Shown here in pieces: positions 27,172 through 36,140 of a DNA stretch of 64,000 bases; position 1 is the stretch's first letter; each line of letters opens with the position of its first letter. The DNA is taken from contig JBKPAA010000039.1 in NCBI GenBank assembly GCA_046726215.1, forward strand, positions 14,619 to 78,618. Direction: 5' to 3'. This stretch comes from Actinomycetota bacterium (lineage in GTDB: Bacteria; Actinomycetota; Acidimicrobiia; Acidimicrobiales; VFJN01). The notes below the pieces were generated by a model. That model had not been told where the DNA came from. It made no database searches and saw only the letters and a list, made by a program, of their open reading frames with translations. The translations under genes were made by a program, and so were the position numbers.

Positions 27172-28560
27172 TCAGCTGGGAGGATCCGCGTCGAGAGCTG
27201 CGGGGAGGCGGATCGTCACCCGCGTGCCGGCGGCGGGCGCGGTTTCGAGCGCGACCTCGCCCCCGTGGGCAGCCACGAGGTCGGCGACGATGGCGAGGCC
27301 CAACCCGGTCCCGCGGCGGGGATGCTCCTCGGTGGCGGCCGCCTGCCAGAACCGGTCGAAGGCGCGGGCGCCGTCGGCGTCGGTCATGCCGGGGCCGTCG
27401 TCGGCGACGACCAGAAGGACGTCGCGGCGATGGGCCTCGACGCACAGGCTCACCCGTGTGGCTGGGCCGGTGTGTTCGCGGACGTTGGCGAGAAGGTTGT
27501 CGACCACCTGTCGGAGCCGGGTGCGGTCGCCCGTCACCATCGCCCTGGGAACGGCCTCCAGCCCGATCGTGCGGCCCGGCTCGACCGCCCGGGCGTCGGC
27601 GACCGACTCGGCCGCGACGGCCGCCAGGTCGACGGGCGCCGCGACCAGCGGGCGTCCCTGGTCGAGGCGGGCGAGCAGCACCAGGTCGTCGACGAGGACG
27701 CCCATGCGGGTCGCCGCATGCTCGATGCGATCCATGGCCGTGACCGCGTTGACGGTGTCGCTCCCTTGGCGGTACAGCTCGGCGTAGCCGCGGATCGCCG
27801 TCAGGGGCGTGCGCAGCTCGTGAGACGCGTCGGAGACGAAGCGGCGCATCCTCTGCTCGGAAGCGGTGCGCGCGGCCAGCGAGTCGCCGATCTGATCGAG
27901 CATGCGGTTGAGGGCGGTACCGAGGCGGCCCACCTCGCTCTCGGGATGGGTGACGTCGATCCGTTGGTCAGTGTTGCCGTCGGCGATGGCTTCGGCGGTG
28001 CTGACCATGCGGTCGATCGGCCGGAGGCCGCGCCTGATGGCGAACCAGGTGGTGGCCGCGGTCGCGGCCAGCGCGACGAGGCCGGCGATGAGCAGGCCGC
28101 GGCGGGCGTTGGACAGCGCCGTGTCGACGTCGTCGAGCGAGATGGCGGTCGCCAGCATCCCGCCACCGGGAAGGGACGACGTGACCACCCGGTAGCGGGG
28201 GCCGCCGCCGTCGCTGGCACTGACCGTCAGCGGTCCGCTCGGCGCCGACAGGCCTGCGATGTCGGGCAGCGGATCTGGATCCCCGGTCGGCCCGCTGGGC
28301 TCGGCCGCGACCACCTGACCTTCCCGCCCCAGCTGCACGTAGGCGATCCGGCGGATGTCGTACAGCCTGATCTCCCGCTGTGCCCGGCGCTCCAGCCGGG
28401 CGGCAGCCACCCGAGTCACCTCCGCAGGCACGCGGTCCAGCTCGCGATCGACCGCCGCCGTCAATCGCGACTCGAGCGTGGTCAGGAACACCACGGCGAC
28501 GACGCCACCGATGACGGCCACCAGGACCACGATCGTGGCGGCCAACCGGCGGCGGATCAT
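27172..28560 (-). CDS. Sensor histidine kinase (two TM, HAMP, HisKA, HATPase_c)
   Basis: ATG 28560 overlaps the RR stop (ATGA). H-box SDASHELRTPLTAI, N-box DNLLANVREHT, G-boxes DDGPGM and GTGLGLAIV. Confidence 0.9.
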   Translation of the reverse strand: MIRRRLAATIVVLVAVIGGVVAVVFLTTLESRLTAAVDRELDRVPAEVTRVAAARLERRAQREIRLYDIRRIAYVQLGREGQVVAAEPSGPTGDPDPLPDIAGLSAPSGPLTVSASDGGGPRYRVVTSSLPGGGMLATAISLDDVDTALSNARRGLLIAGLVALAATAATTWFAIRRGLRPIDRMVSTAEAIADGNTDQRIDVTHPESEVGRLGTALNRMLDQIGDSLAARTASEQRMRRFVSDASHELRTPLTAIRGYAELYRQGSDTVNAVTAMDRIEHAATRMGVLVDDLVLLARLDQGRPLVAAPVDLAAVAAESVADARAVEPGRTIGLEAVPRAMVTGDRTRLRQVVDNLLANVREHTGPATRVSLCVEAHRRDVLLVVADDGPGMTDADGARAFDRFWQAAATEEHPRRGTGLGLAIVADLVAAHGGEVALETAPAAGTRVTIRLPAALDADPPS

Positions 28561-29240
28561 GGCTCGGTGCGCAATACGTAGCCGAAGCCCCGCACGGTGT
28601 GGATGAGGGGCGGGTCGGCCGTGTCGATCTTCTTGCGGAGGTAGGAGATGTAGTTCTCCACGACGCCGGCATTGCCGCCGAAGTCGTAGTCCCAGACATG
28701 GTCGAGGATCTGGGCCTTCGACAGCACGCGCTCCCGGTTCAGAAGCAGGAATCGCAGGACCTTCAGCTCGGTGGGGGAGAGCTGGATCGACCGGCCGGCC
28801 CGGGTCACGCGAAGCGTCTCCTCGTCCAGCTCGAGGTCGGCGTACCGGAGCCGGCTCGGGGGCGCCTGCGGACCTGTCCGCCGCAGCACGGCCCGCACCC
28901 GGGCGACCAGCTCCTCGAGGCTGAACGGCTTCGTTAGGTAGTCGTCGCCGCCCTTGGTGAAGCCCGAGATCTTGTCCTCGTCGGCGTCGCGGGCCGTGAG
29001 GAACACGACGGGGGTCTGGTCGCCGGAGGCGCGCAGCCGGCGACACACCTCGAAGCCGTCGACACCCGGGAGCCCGACGTCCAGCACCACCAGGTCGGGA
29101 CGCTGGCGCTCGATGCTGGCGAGGGCGTCCAGCCCGGTGCCGGATGTCGCGGTCGCGAAGCCGGCGATGCGCAGCGCGCTCGACGTCAGGTCACGGATGA
29201 ACTCGTCGTCATCGACGACGAGGACTTTGGCGTCCGACAT
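28557..29240 (-). CDS. OmpR/PhoB-family response regulator
   Basis: REC domain (VLVVDDD...DLVVLDVGLPGVDG...TKP) plus a winged-helix output domain (LSPTELKVLRFLL...VRGFGYVL). Confidence 0.92.
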   Translation of the reverse strand: MSDAKVLVVDDDEFIRDLTSSALRIAGFATATSGTGLDALASIERQRPDLVVLDVGLPGVDGFEVCRRLRASGDQTPVVFLTARDADEDKISGFTKGGDDYLTKPFSLEELVARVRAVLRRTGPQAPPSRLRYADLELDEETLRVTRAGRSIQLSPTELKVLRFLLLNRERVLSKAQILDHVWDYDFGGNAGVVENYISYLRKKIDTADPPLIHTVRGFGYVLRTEP

Positions 29241-29300
29241 CTCAGAAGTAGAGCGCCCGAACCTGGGAGAGTCCTCAAAGACTGCTGGGAGCGGTCTCGC

Positions 29301-30746
29301 TCAGCGGCGCGCATGGGCGTCGAGGATGTGCGCGACCGCGGTCGTGACCTTGCGTGCGGTCGGGAGGTGGAGGAACTCGTTGGGCCCGTGGGCGTTGGAC
29401 TCGGGCCCCAGCACGCCGGTGATGACGAACTGGGCCTGAGGGAACTGGCGGCCGAGCATCCCCATGAACGGGATCGTGCCGCCCTCTCCCAGCGACCTCG
29501 GCGCCTGCCCGAATGCCGCCACCGACGCCCGGTCGATGGCCTTGGCCAGCCAGGGCAGCTCGGGTGGGGCGTGCCAGCCGGCCTCGGCGCTGCCGCGCCG
29601 CACCGTGACCCGGGAGTTGTAGGGCGGGTCGGCGCTGAGCCGCCGCTCCAGGGCGTCGACGGCGACGGCGGCGTCGGCGGTCGGCGGTATGCGCACGGAC
29701 AGCTTCACGGCCGTGGAAGGGCGCAACACGTTGCCGGCCTCGGCCGGCAGGGGCGCGCCGGCAATGCCGGTCACCTCGAGCGAGGGCCGCCACGTCCGGG
29801 CCACCAGCATCTGCTCGGTCGTGGCGAACGCCGGACCCGTCTCGCCAGCGAAGGGAAAGCGCTGCGCGAAGTCGCCCAGTTCCGGGGCGGTGGCGGCGAT
29901 CTGCCGCAGCCGCTCCTCGGGGACGGTGGCGTGCAGCTGGGGAAGCAGCAGTTCGCCGCTGGCGGCGTCCTCGATGCGATCGAGGAGCTGACGGACGATA
30001 CGGAAGCTCGACGGCACCACCCCGCCCGCCGAGCCGGAGTGCACGCCCTCGGTCAGGACCTGCACCTCGAGGGTGAGATCGACCAGCCCGCGCAACGACG
30101 TCGTGATCCAGAGCCGGTCGTAGTCGGCGCACCACGAGTCCAGCGCGATTACCAGCGACGGCTTGCCCAGCTTGTCGCCGAGGGCGTCGAGATGGGCCGG
30201 CAGATCGGGGCTGCCCGATTCCTCGCTGGCCTCGATGAGCACGACGCAACGCCGGTGGGCGCCACCCGCGACGCGGACCGCCTCCAGGGCGGCCACGGCA
30301 GAGAACGTGGAGTAGCCGTCGTCGGCGCTGCCCCGGCCGTAGAGGCGGTCGCCGTCCTGGACCGGCTCCCAGGGCCCGAGGCCGTCGCGCCAACCCGTGA
30401 ACGGAGGCTGCTTGTCGAGATGGCCGTACAGCAGCACGGTGTCGCCGTCGGTGTCGGAGGCGCCGCCCGTATCGCCGGCCGGCGGCACGTCGACCAGCAG
30501 CAACGGCGTGCGTCCGTCGAGCTCGCGCACCTCGACGGTGGCCCCGGGGAGCTCCTCGCCGACGTGGCGCTCGCACCATTGATGCAGCAGCTGGGTGGCG
30601 CGGGCCATGTGGCCTGCCTCGTGCCAGCCGGCGTCGTAGGCGACAGAGACATTGGGGATGCGGATGTAGTCGTGCAGTACGGGGACGATGTCACCGTCCC
30701 AGATTTGGTTGACGTGTCGCGCGGCGGCGTCGGCGTCGAGTCCCAT
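29301..30746 (-). CDS. M20-family dipeptidase
   Basis: ATG 30746. Motifs LLYGHLDKQP, RLYGRGSADDGYS and LIEASEESGS. Confidence 0.88.
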   Translation of the reverse strand: MGLDADAAARHVNQIWDGDIVPVLHDYIRIPNVSVAYDAGWHEAGHMARATQLLHQWCERHVGEELPGATVEVRELDGRTPLLLVDVPPAGDTGGASDTDGDTVLLYGHLDKQPPFTGWRDGLGPWEPVQDGDRLYGRGSADDGYSTFSAVAALEAVRVAGGAHRRCVVLIEASEESGSPDLPAHLDALGDKLGKPSLVIALDSWCADYDRLWITTSLRGLVDLTLEVQVLTEGVHSGSAGGVVPSSFRIVRQLLDRIEDAASGELLLPQLHATVPEERLRQIAATAPELGDFAQRFPFAGETGPAFATTEQMLVARTWRPSLEVTGIAGAPLPAEAGNVLRPSTAVKLSVRIPPTADAAVAVDALERRLSADPPYNSRVTVRRGSAEAGWHAPPELPWLAKAIDRASVAAFGQAPRSLGEGGTIPFMGMLGRQFPQAQFVITGVLGPESNAHGPNEFLHLPTARKVTTAVAHILDAHARR

Positions 30747-30756
30747 GGCCGTGGTC

Positions 30757-30930
30757 CTAATCGCCGATCCGGGCCAGGGTGCGCGCAACGTGCTCGCCGG
30801 GGAACCAGTGCCCGGTGGGAATGTCGATCACGGCGGCCGATCGTACGGCCAACCCCTGTCGCAATGCGCAGAGTGCGCGCACGCGGTCCTGTCGCCGACA
30901 CCGGCTCGCAGCCGGCACGGCCACGACGGC
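30757..30930 (-). pseudogene. Possible alpha/beta-hydrolase C-terminal remnant
   Basis: Only the last ~55 codons of track ORF 30757-31095 look coding (..SAAVIDIPTGHWFPGEHVARTLARIGD, with a His-containing C-terminal motif). The remainder would run into the tRNA gene. Confidence 0.3.
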
Positions 30931-31020
30931 CCACCGGGTCACGCTGCCCGGGCCACCCGACCGCCGCTTCGTTCCGGGGCCGACCGGCATCCCACTGGCG
31001 CCCGCTACCGTCGCACCAGC

Positions 31021-31094
31021 GCCCTCGTAGCTCAGGTGGATAGAGCGACCGCCTCCTAAGCGGTAGGCCACAGGTTCGAGTCCTGTCGGGGGCA
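31021..31094 (+). tRNA. tRNA-Arg (anticodon CCT)
   Basis: Manual cloverleaf. Acceptor GCCCTCG/CGGGGGC (one G-U), D arm GCTC-AGGTGGATA-GAGC, anticodon arm ACCGC-CTCCTAA-GCGGT, T arm ACAGG-TTCGAGT-CCTGT, discriminator A. CCA is not encoded. Confidence 0.9.
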
Positions 31095-31146
31095 CCGCGA
31101 AAGTGCCAACTAGATGGCGGCTCGGCCTCGGGAGGCAGGTCGATCG

Positions 31147-31520
31147 TCAGCGGGCGGCGCTCACCGCCTCGGCGACCCGGCGGCGGGCCCGTCCGGGCGC
31201 CGGCAGGGGGTGGCAGACGGCAATGGCCCGCTTGAGGAGCCGGTGGGCGTCGTGCTCGCACGTGTAGCCCGATGCCCCCGAGCACCTGGATGCGGTGCTG
31301 CGCGGCCCGGGATGCGGCCTCGGGTGCCAGCGCCGCCGCCTGGGCCACCATGCCGCGCCCGGCTCGCGGGCGTCGATGCAGCGGGCCGCGTACCAGACCG
31401 CGGCACGGGCCGCCTCCAGATCACCTCGACATGGCCTCGACCATGCGCGCCATCGTGGCCATCGTCGGCGGCGGATCGCCGACGAGTGGGAGGCCGAGCA
31501 CGAGGCCGGCCACCCAACGC
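31147..31520 (-). pseudogene. Acyl-CoA dehydrogenase C-terminal remnant with frameshifts
   Basis: ACAD-like segments are split over two minus-strand frames: GDLEAARAAVWYAARCIDAREPG / MVAQAAALAPEAASRAAQHRIQVLGGIG / GYTCEHDAHRLLKRAIAV. No N-terminal two thirds of the enzyme is present. Confidence 0.5.
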
Positions 31521-31676
31521 TGGAGCGGCTCAGGGCCGCGACGGTCGGCCCGGCCAGGATCGGCTTCGATCGCGACCTGCGCGCCCTTCGGGGAGCACGC
31601 GGTCCAGGGCTGACGAGCGCCTGGCCCGAGCCCGTTGACAGCCGCTGCACTCGTCCGTAGGTTTCGGGCATACCGC

Positions 31677-31690
31677 TGACAACGTTGTCA
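31677..31690. promoter_or_regulatory. LacI-family operator candidate
   Basis: Perfect 14-bp palindrome TGACAACGTTGTCA, centred on CG, ending 38 nt upstream of the LacI-family gene start. Confidence 0.5.
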
Positions 31691-31727
31691 CCGGTCGGAC
31701 CGACGCCCCGGTTGGGGGGTCAAACCC

Positions 31728-32747
31728 GTGGGTGAGCGCCCGACGATCAAGGATGTCGCCGCTGAGGCGGGCGTGAGCCTCAAGACCGTCTCGCGGGTGC
31801 TCAATGGCGAGCACCCGGTTGCGCCCACCACGGCGTTCCGGGTGCTCGCTGCCGTCGAGTCGCTCGGCTACCAGCGGCACGAGGCGGCCGCCAGCCTCCG
31901 CCGGAGCGGTCAGTCGACCTCGATCATCGGTCTCGTCATCGAGGACGTGGCCAACCCCTTCTACTCGGTGCTCGCCCGCGCAGTCGAGGAGGTGGCCCGC
32001 GACAACGACTATCTGCTCATGGTGGCCAGCTCCGACGAGGACCCCGGGCAGGAGATCGAGGTGATCCGGGCATTCTGCGCCCGGCGCGTCGACGGGCTCG
32101 TCGTCGTGCCGACGGGCGCCGATCACTCGTTCCTGCGGGCGGAAGTGGACGCCGGTACGGCGGTCGTCTTCGTCGACCGCCCGCCGGTCGGCCTCGACAG
32201 CGACACCGTGGTGGCGGCCAACGCCCGCGGCACGGCCGACGCGGTCAACCACCTGCTCGAGCAGGGTCATCGACAGATCGGCTACCTCGGCGACGACCCC
32301 GCCATCTACACGGCGGCCGAACGCTACGGCGGCTACCGCCAAGCCCTAGAGGCGGCAGGTGTCGAACTCGACGAGTCGCTCGTGCGGCTGGGCCTGGGCG
32401 ACGTCGCCGCCGCCGAGGCCTCGGCCGACGAGCTGATGCACCGCGCCGACCCTCCGACCGCTCTGTTCGGCGGCAACAACCGGCTCACGATCGGTGCCCT
32501 GCGGGCGAGCCGCCGGAACGGCCGCCGGGTGAGCGTCGTGGGCTTCGACGACTTCGAGCTGGCGGACATGCTCGAGCCCCCGGTGACCGTCGTGTCCCAG
32601 GATGCGTCGGCGCTGGGCCGCACGGCGGCCGAGCTGGTGTTCCGCCGGCTCGGAGGCGACCGCCGTCCGGCGCAGCAGGTGATGCTCGGCACGAGTCTCG
32701 TCATCCGGGGTTCTGCCAGAGTCTCAGCGCAGGGGCCCAAGTCGTGA
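31728..32747 (+). CDS. LacI-family transcriptional regulator
   Basis: N-terminal HTH TIKDVAAEAGVSLKTVSRVLNG plus a periplasmic-binding-protein-like sugar-binding core. Confidence 0.9.
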   Translation: MGERPTIKDVAAEAGVSLKTVSRVLNGEHPVAPTTAFRVLAAVESLGYQRHEAAASLRRSGQSTSIIGLVIEDVANPFYSVLARAVEEVARDNDYLLMVASSDEDPGQEIEVIRAFCARRVDGLVVVPTGADHSFLRAEVDAGTAVVFVDRPPVGLDSDTVVAANARGTADAVNHLLEQGHRQIGYLGDDPAIYTAAERYGGYRQALEAAGVELDESLVRLGLGDVAAAEASADELMHRADPPTALFGGNNRLTIGALRASRRNGRRVSVVGFDDFELADMLEPPVTVVSQDASALGRTAAELVFRRLGGDRRPAQQVMLGTSLVIRGSARVSAQGPKS

Positions 32748-32836
32748 GCTTCGGCCCTGGGACCACCCCGGCGGATGCCGCGACGCTGGTCGCGCCCAGC
32801 CGGCGCTGGTTGGCTCGCGATGGGGGGTCCGGAATT

Positions 32837-32862
32837 CGGCCGCGGCACCAGGGCCGCGGCCG
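32837..32862 (+). terminator. Hairpin between lacI-like gene and SBP gene
   Basis: A 9-bp GC stem cggccgcgg / ccgcggccg with an 8-nt loop. No clear U-tract. Confidence 0.35.
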
Positions 32863-32897
32863 CGACAGCTATCCACCAACCAACAGGGGGTTCCCCG

Positions 32898-34247
32898 ATG
32901 GACCGACTAGCCATCCACATCACCAAGCGGTCGGGCGCGGCTGGCCTGCGACCTCGCCGCTGGCGGCGTGCGCTCGCCTTGGCCTTCGCCGCCCTGCTCG
33001 TCACCGCCACGGCCTGCGGCGACGACGACGATGACGAAGGCGGTGCTGCGGACACCGGAGAGGAGGCGGCCGGCGAGTTCGAGTTTTTCTCCTGGTGGAC
33101 CGGCGGCGGTGACTCCGAGGGCAAGGAGGCGCTGCTCGATCTCTTCCAGAAGCAGAACCCGGACATCGAGATCGTGGACTCGGCGGTCGCCGGTGGCGCC
33201 GGCACCAATGCCCAGGCCGTGCTGGCCGACCGCCTGCTGGCCGACGACCCGCCCGACTCGTACCAGCGACACGCGGGAGCGGAGCTGCTGGCTGACATCG
33301 AGGCCGGGGAGGTCGAGGATCTGACGTCCCTGTGGGAGGATGAGGGCTGGTTCGATGTCTTCCCCGACACGCTGGTCGACATGATCACGGTCGACGACAA
33401 GATCTACTCGGTCCCTGTGAACGTCCACCGGTCAAACCTCATGTGGTACAACCCGGCCGTCCTGGAGGAGGCGGGCATCGCCGCACCCCCGGCCACATGG
33501 GACGAGTTCCTGACCCAGGCCGAGACGCTCGAGGCCGCCGGCAAGGTGCCGCTGACCATCGGGCCGGCATGGACGCAGGAGCACCTGCTCGAGAACGTCC
33601 TGCTCGGCGAGCTCGGGGCGGACGCCTATGCCGGGTTGTGGGACGGCAGCACCGACTGGGAGTCGCCGGAGGTGATCGCCGCCCTCGACACCTACACCGA
33701 GGTGCTGGGCCACACCAACCTCGGTTCGGCCGCCGCCGACTGGCAGCCGGCGCTCGATCCGGTGATCGAGGGCGACGCCGCCTACAACGTGATGGGCGAC
33801 TGGGCCGTGGCGTACTTCGAGACGGAGAAGGGCCTCACGTTCGAGGAGGGCTACAACGTTGCGCTCGCGCCGGGAACCGAAGGCGTGTTCAACTTCCTGT
33901 CCGACAGCTTCACCCTGCCGGTCGACGCGCCGCATCGCGACGTTGCGATCGAGTGGCTGAAGCTCGCCGGCTCCAAGGAGGGCCAGGACACCTTCAACCC
34001 GATCAAGGGCTCGATCCCGGCACGGACCGACCCAGACGAGTCGTTGTACACGGGCTACCTGGCGCAGCCGCTGGCCGACTGGAACAACCCGGACATGACG
34101 GTCGTCGGATCGCTCGCCCACGGGGCGGTGGCCGACAACGCCTGGAAGGCCGAGATCGACTCGGCGCTGGGGGAGTTCGTCGAGAGCGGCGACTCGGCGG
34201 CGTTCGCCTCGGCGGTGAAGCAGGCCTACGAGGACACCCAGCAGTAA
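32898..34247 (+). CDS. Sugar ABC transporter substrate-binding lipoprotein (CUT1 type)
   Basis: Lipobox LVTATAC followed by an acidic linker. FFSWWTGGGDSEGKEALLDLF is typical of CUT1 SBPs. Confidence 0.88.
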   Translation: MDRLAIHITKRSGAAGLRPRRWRRALALAFAALLVTATACGDDDDDEGGAADTGEEAAGEFEFFSWWTGGGDSEGKEALLDLFQKQNPDIEIVDSAVAGGAGTNAQAVLADRLLADDPPDSYQRHAGAELLADIEAGEVEDLTSLWEDEGWFDVFPDTLVDMITVDDKIYSVPVNVHRSNLMWYNPAVLEEAGIAAPPATWDEFLTQAETLEAAGKVPLTIGPAWTQEHLLENVLLGELGADAYAGLWDGSTDWESPEVIAALDTYTEVLGHTNLGSAAADWQPALDPVIEGDAAYNVMGDWAVAYFETEKGLTFEEGYNVALAPGTEGVFNFLSDSFTLPVDAPHRDVAIEWLKLAGSKEGQDTFNPIKGSIPARTDPDESLYTGYLAQPLADWNNPDMTVVGSLAHGAVADNAWKAEIDSALGEFVESGDSAAFASAVKQAYEDTQQ

Positions 34248-34349
34248 CCCCGATCCCGAACCCCCAAGCCTGCGGTGGTCAGGGAGCCCTGCAACCCTGA
34301 CCACCACAGGTTGGACGGTGGGGGTGCCGACCCGCCAGGAGGCACCTGC

Positions 34350-35240
34350 ATGTATCGCATCCGCAAGTGGGGCCCCGCCCTCTTGCTCGTGTCGCCGTCG
34401 TTGGCGGTGCTCGGCGTGTTCGTCTACGGGTTCCTCGGCTGGAATCTCCGGGTGTCGGTGAGCGACTGGCGGGGCTTCCGGCCCACCTACGCCTACTCCG
34501 GCTTGCACAACTACACACGGCTGCAGGACGACTCGCGCTTCACCAACGACGTGACCAATCTCGTCGTGTTCACCACGGTGTTCGTCGTGGGCGCGCTGGT
34601 TGTGGGCTTTCTCCTTGCGGCGTTGCTGGAGCGCGGGGTCAGGGGGGAGGGGTTCTTCCGGGGCGTGTTCCTCTTCCCCATGGCGATCTCGTTCATCGCC
34701 ACCGCCATCGTCTGGCGTTGGCTGCTGAACAACGCCGGCGGCAGTCAGCAGACCGGCTTCAACAAGCTGTTCGACAGCGTGGGGCTGGGTTTCCTGGCCA
34801 ACGACTGGTTCAAGGCCGAGCGACCGTGGGCGGTCGCCGCCGTCGCCATCCCCGCGGGCTGGGCGCTGTCGGGGTACATCATGGCCCTGTTCCTGGCCGG
34901 CATGCGGGGGGTCTCCGACGACCTGCGCGAGGCCGCCCGCGTCGATGGCGCCAACGAGCCGCGGGTCTTCTGGTACGTGGTGCGCCCGATGCTCGTGCCG
35001 GTGCTGATGAGCGCGGTGGTGATCCTGGCCCACATCTCGCTCAAGACGTTCGACCTCATCTACGCCCTCGACCAGGAGAGCCGTCGGATCGAGACACCGG
35101 CGCTCTACATGTGGTTCACGACCTTCGACGGGCTCAACTTCTCGCGGGGCGCCGCCATCGCCACCCTGCTGGTGGCGGGCATCTCCCTGATCATCGTCCC
35201 CTACATCTGGTACTCGATCCGCTCGGAGCGGCGGACGTGA
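34350..35240 (+). CDS. Sugar ABC transporter permease
   Basis: ATG 34350 after AGGAGG. Six TM segments with an EAA-like loop DLREAARVDGAN. Confidence 0.88.
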   Translation: MYRIRKWGPALLLVSPSLAVLGVFVYGFLGWNLRVSVSDWRGFRPTYAYSGLHNYTRLQDDSRFTNDVTNLVVFTTVFVVGALVVGFLLAALLERGVRGEGFFRGVFLFPMAISFIATAIVWRWLLNNAGGSQQTGFNKLFDSVGLGFLANDWFKAERPWAVAAVAIPAGWALSGYIMALFLAGMRGVSDDLREAARVDGANEPRVFWYVVRPMLVPVLMSAVVILAHISLKTFDLIYALDQESRRIETPALYMWFTTFDGLNFSRGAAIATLLVAGISLIIVPYIWYSIRSERRT

Positions 35241-36136
35241 GCGCGCTCACCACCGCTCCCGCGCCCGCACCGTTCCCCGCGCCGACCGGCCCCGCCGACC
35301 GCCCGGCGCGCATCCGCTCGCGCTGGTCGGGGCAGGTCACCACCGCCCGCTACCTGGCGCTGTTCGCCCTGGTCTGCATCTTCCTGATCCCCGTCTACGT
35401 CCTCGTGGTGACGGCGCTCAAAGACCCGACCGAGGTCAGCGTCTCGCAGATGTGGCAGCTCCCCGACTCGCTGTCGCTGGACACGTTCCGCGAGGTGTGG
35501 CCGAAGCTCGAAGACGGCTTCCGCAACAGCCTGGTCATGGCCGTGCCCGCGAGCATCATCTCCTCGCTGCTGGGCGCCGCCAACGGGTTCGTGCTGTCAA
35601 AGTGGCGTTTCCCCGGAGCCGACTTCGTGTTCCCGCTCATCCTCTTCGGCATGTTCATCCCCTACCAGGCGATCCTCATCCCGCTGAACCAGACGATGAA
35701 CAACCTGGAACTGCACAACCTGACCGGCCTGACCCTCGTCCACATCATCTACGGGCTGCCGATCACCACCCTGATCTTCCGCAGCTACTTCGCGGGCATC
35801 TCCGACGAGCTGATGGACGCCGCCCAGGTCGACGGCGCGGGCATGCTGCGCACGTTCGCCTTCGTGGCCCTGCCCATCGCCCTGCCGGCGTTCGCGGTCT
35901 CGATGATCTGGCAGTTCACGTCGGCGTGGAACGACTTCCTCTTCGGGGTGGTGCTCACGTCGGCCGGCGACTGGCCGGTCACGGTCGCGCTCAACAACAT
36001 CGCCGGCAGCCAGGTCGTACCGTTCCACGAGGCGATGGCCGCAGCGCTGCTGGCGAGCATCCCGACCCTGATCGTCTACGTGCTGGTCGGGCGGCTGTTC
36101 ATGCGTGGGCTCATGGCGGGCGCGCTCAAGGGGTAG
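35237..36136 (+). CDS. Sugar ABC transporter permease
   Basis: GTG 35237 overlaps the upstream TGA (GTGA). EAA loop ELMDAAQVDGAGMLRTF. Confidence 0.88.
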   Translation: MSALTTAPAPAPFPAPTGPADRPARIRSRWSGQVTTARYLALFALVCIFLIPVYVLVVTALKDPTEVSVSQMWQLPDSLSLDTFREVWPKLEDGFRNSLVMAVPASIISSLLGAANGFVLSKWRFPGADFVFPLILFGMFIPYQAILIPLNQTMNNLELHNLTGLTLVHIIYGLPITTLIFRSYFAGISDELMDAAQVDGAGMLRTFAFVALPIALPAFAVSMIWQFTSAWNDFLFGVVLTSAGDWPVTVALNNIAGSQVVPFHEAMAAALLASIPTLIVYVLVGRLFMRGLMAGALKG

Positions 36137-36140
36137 CGAG

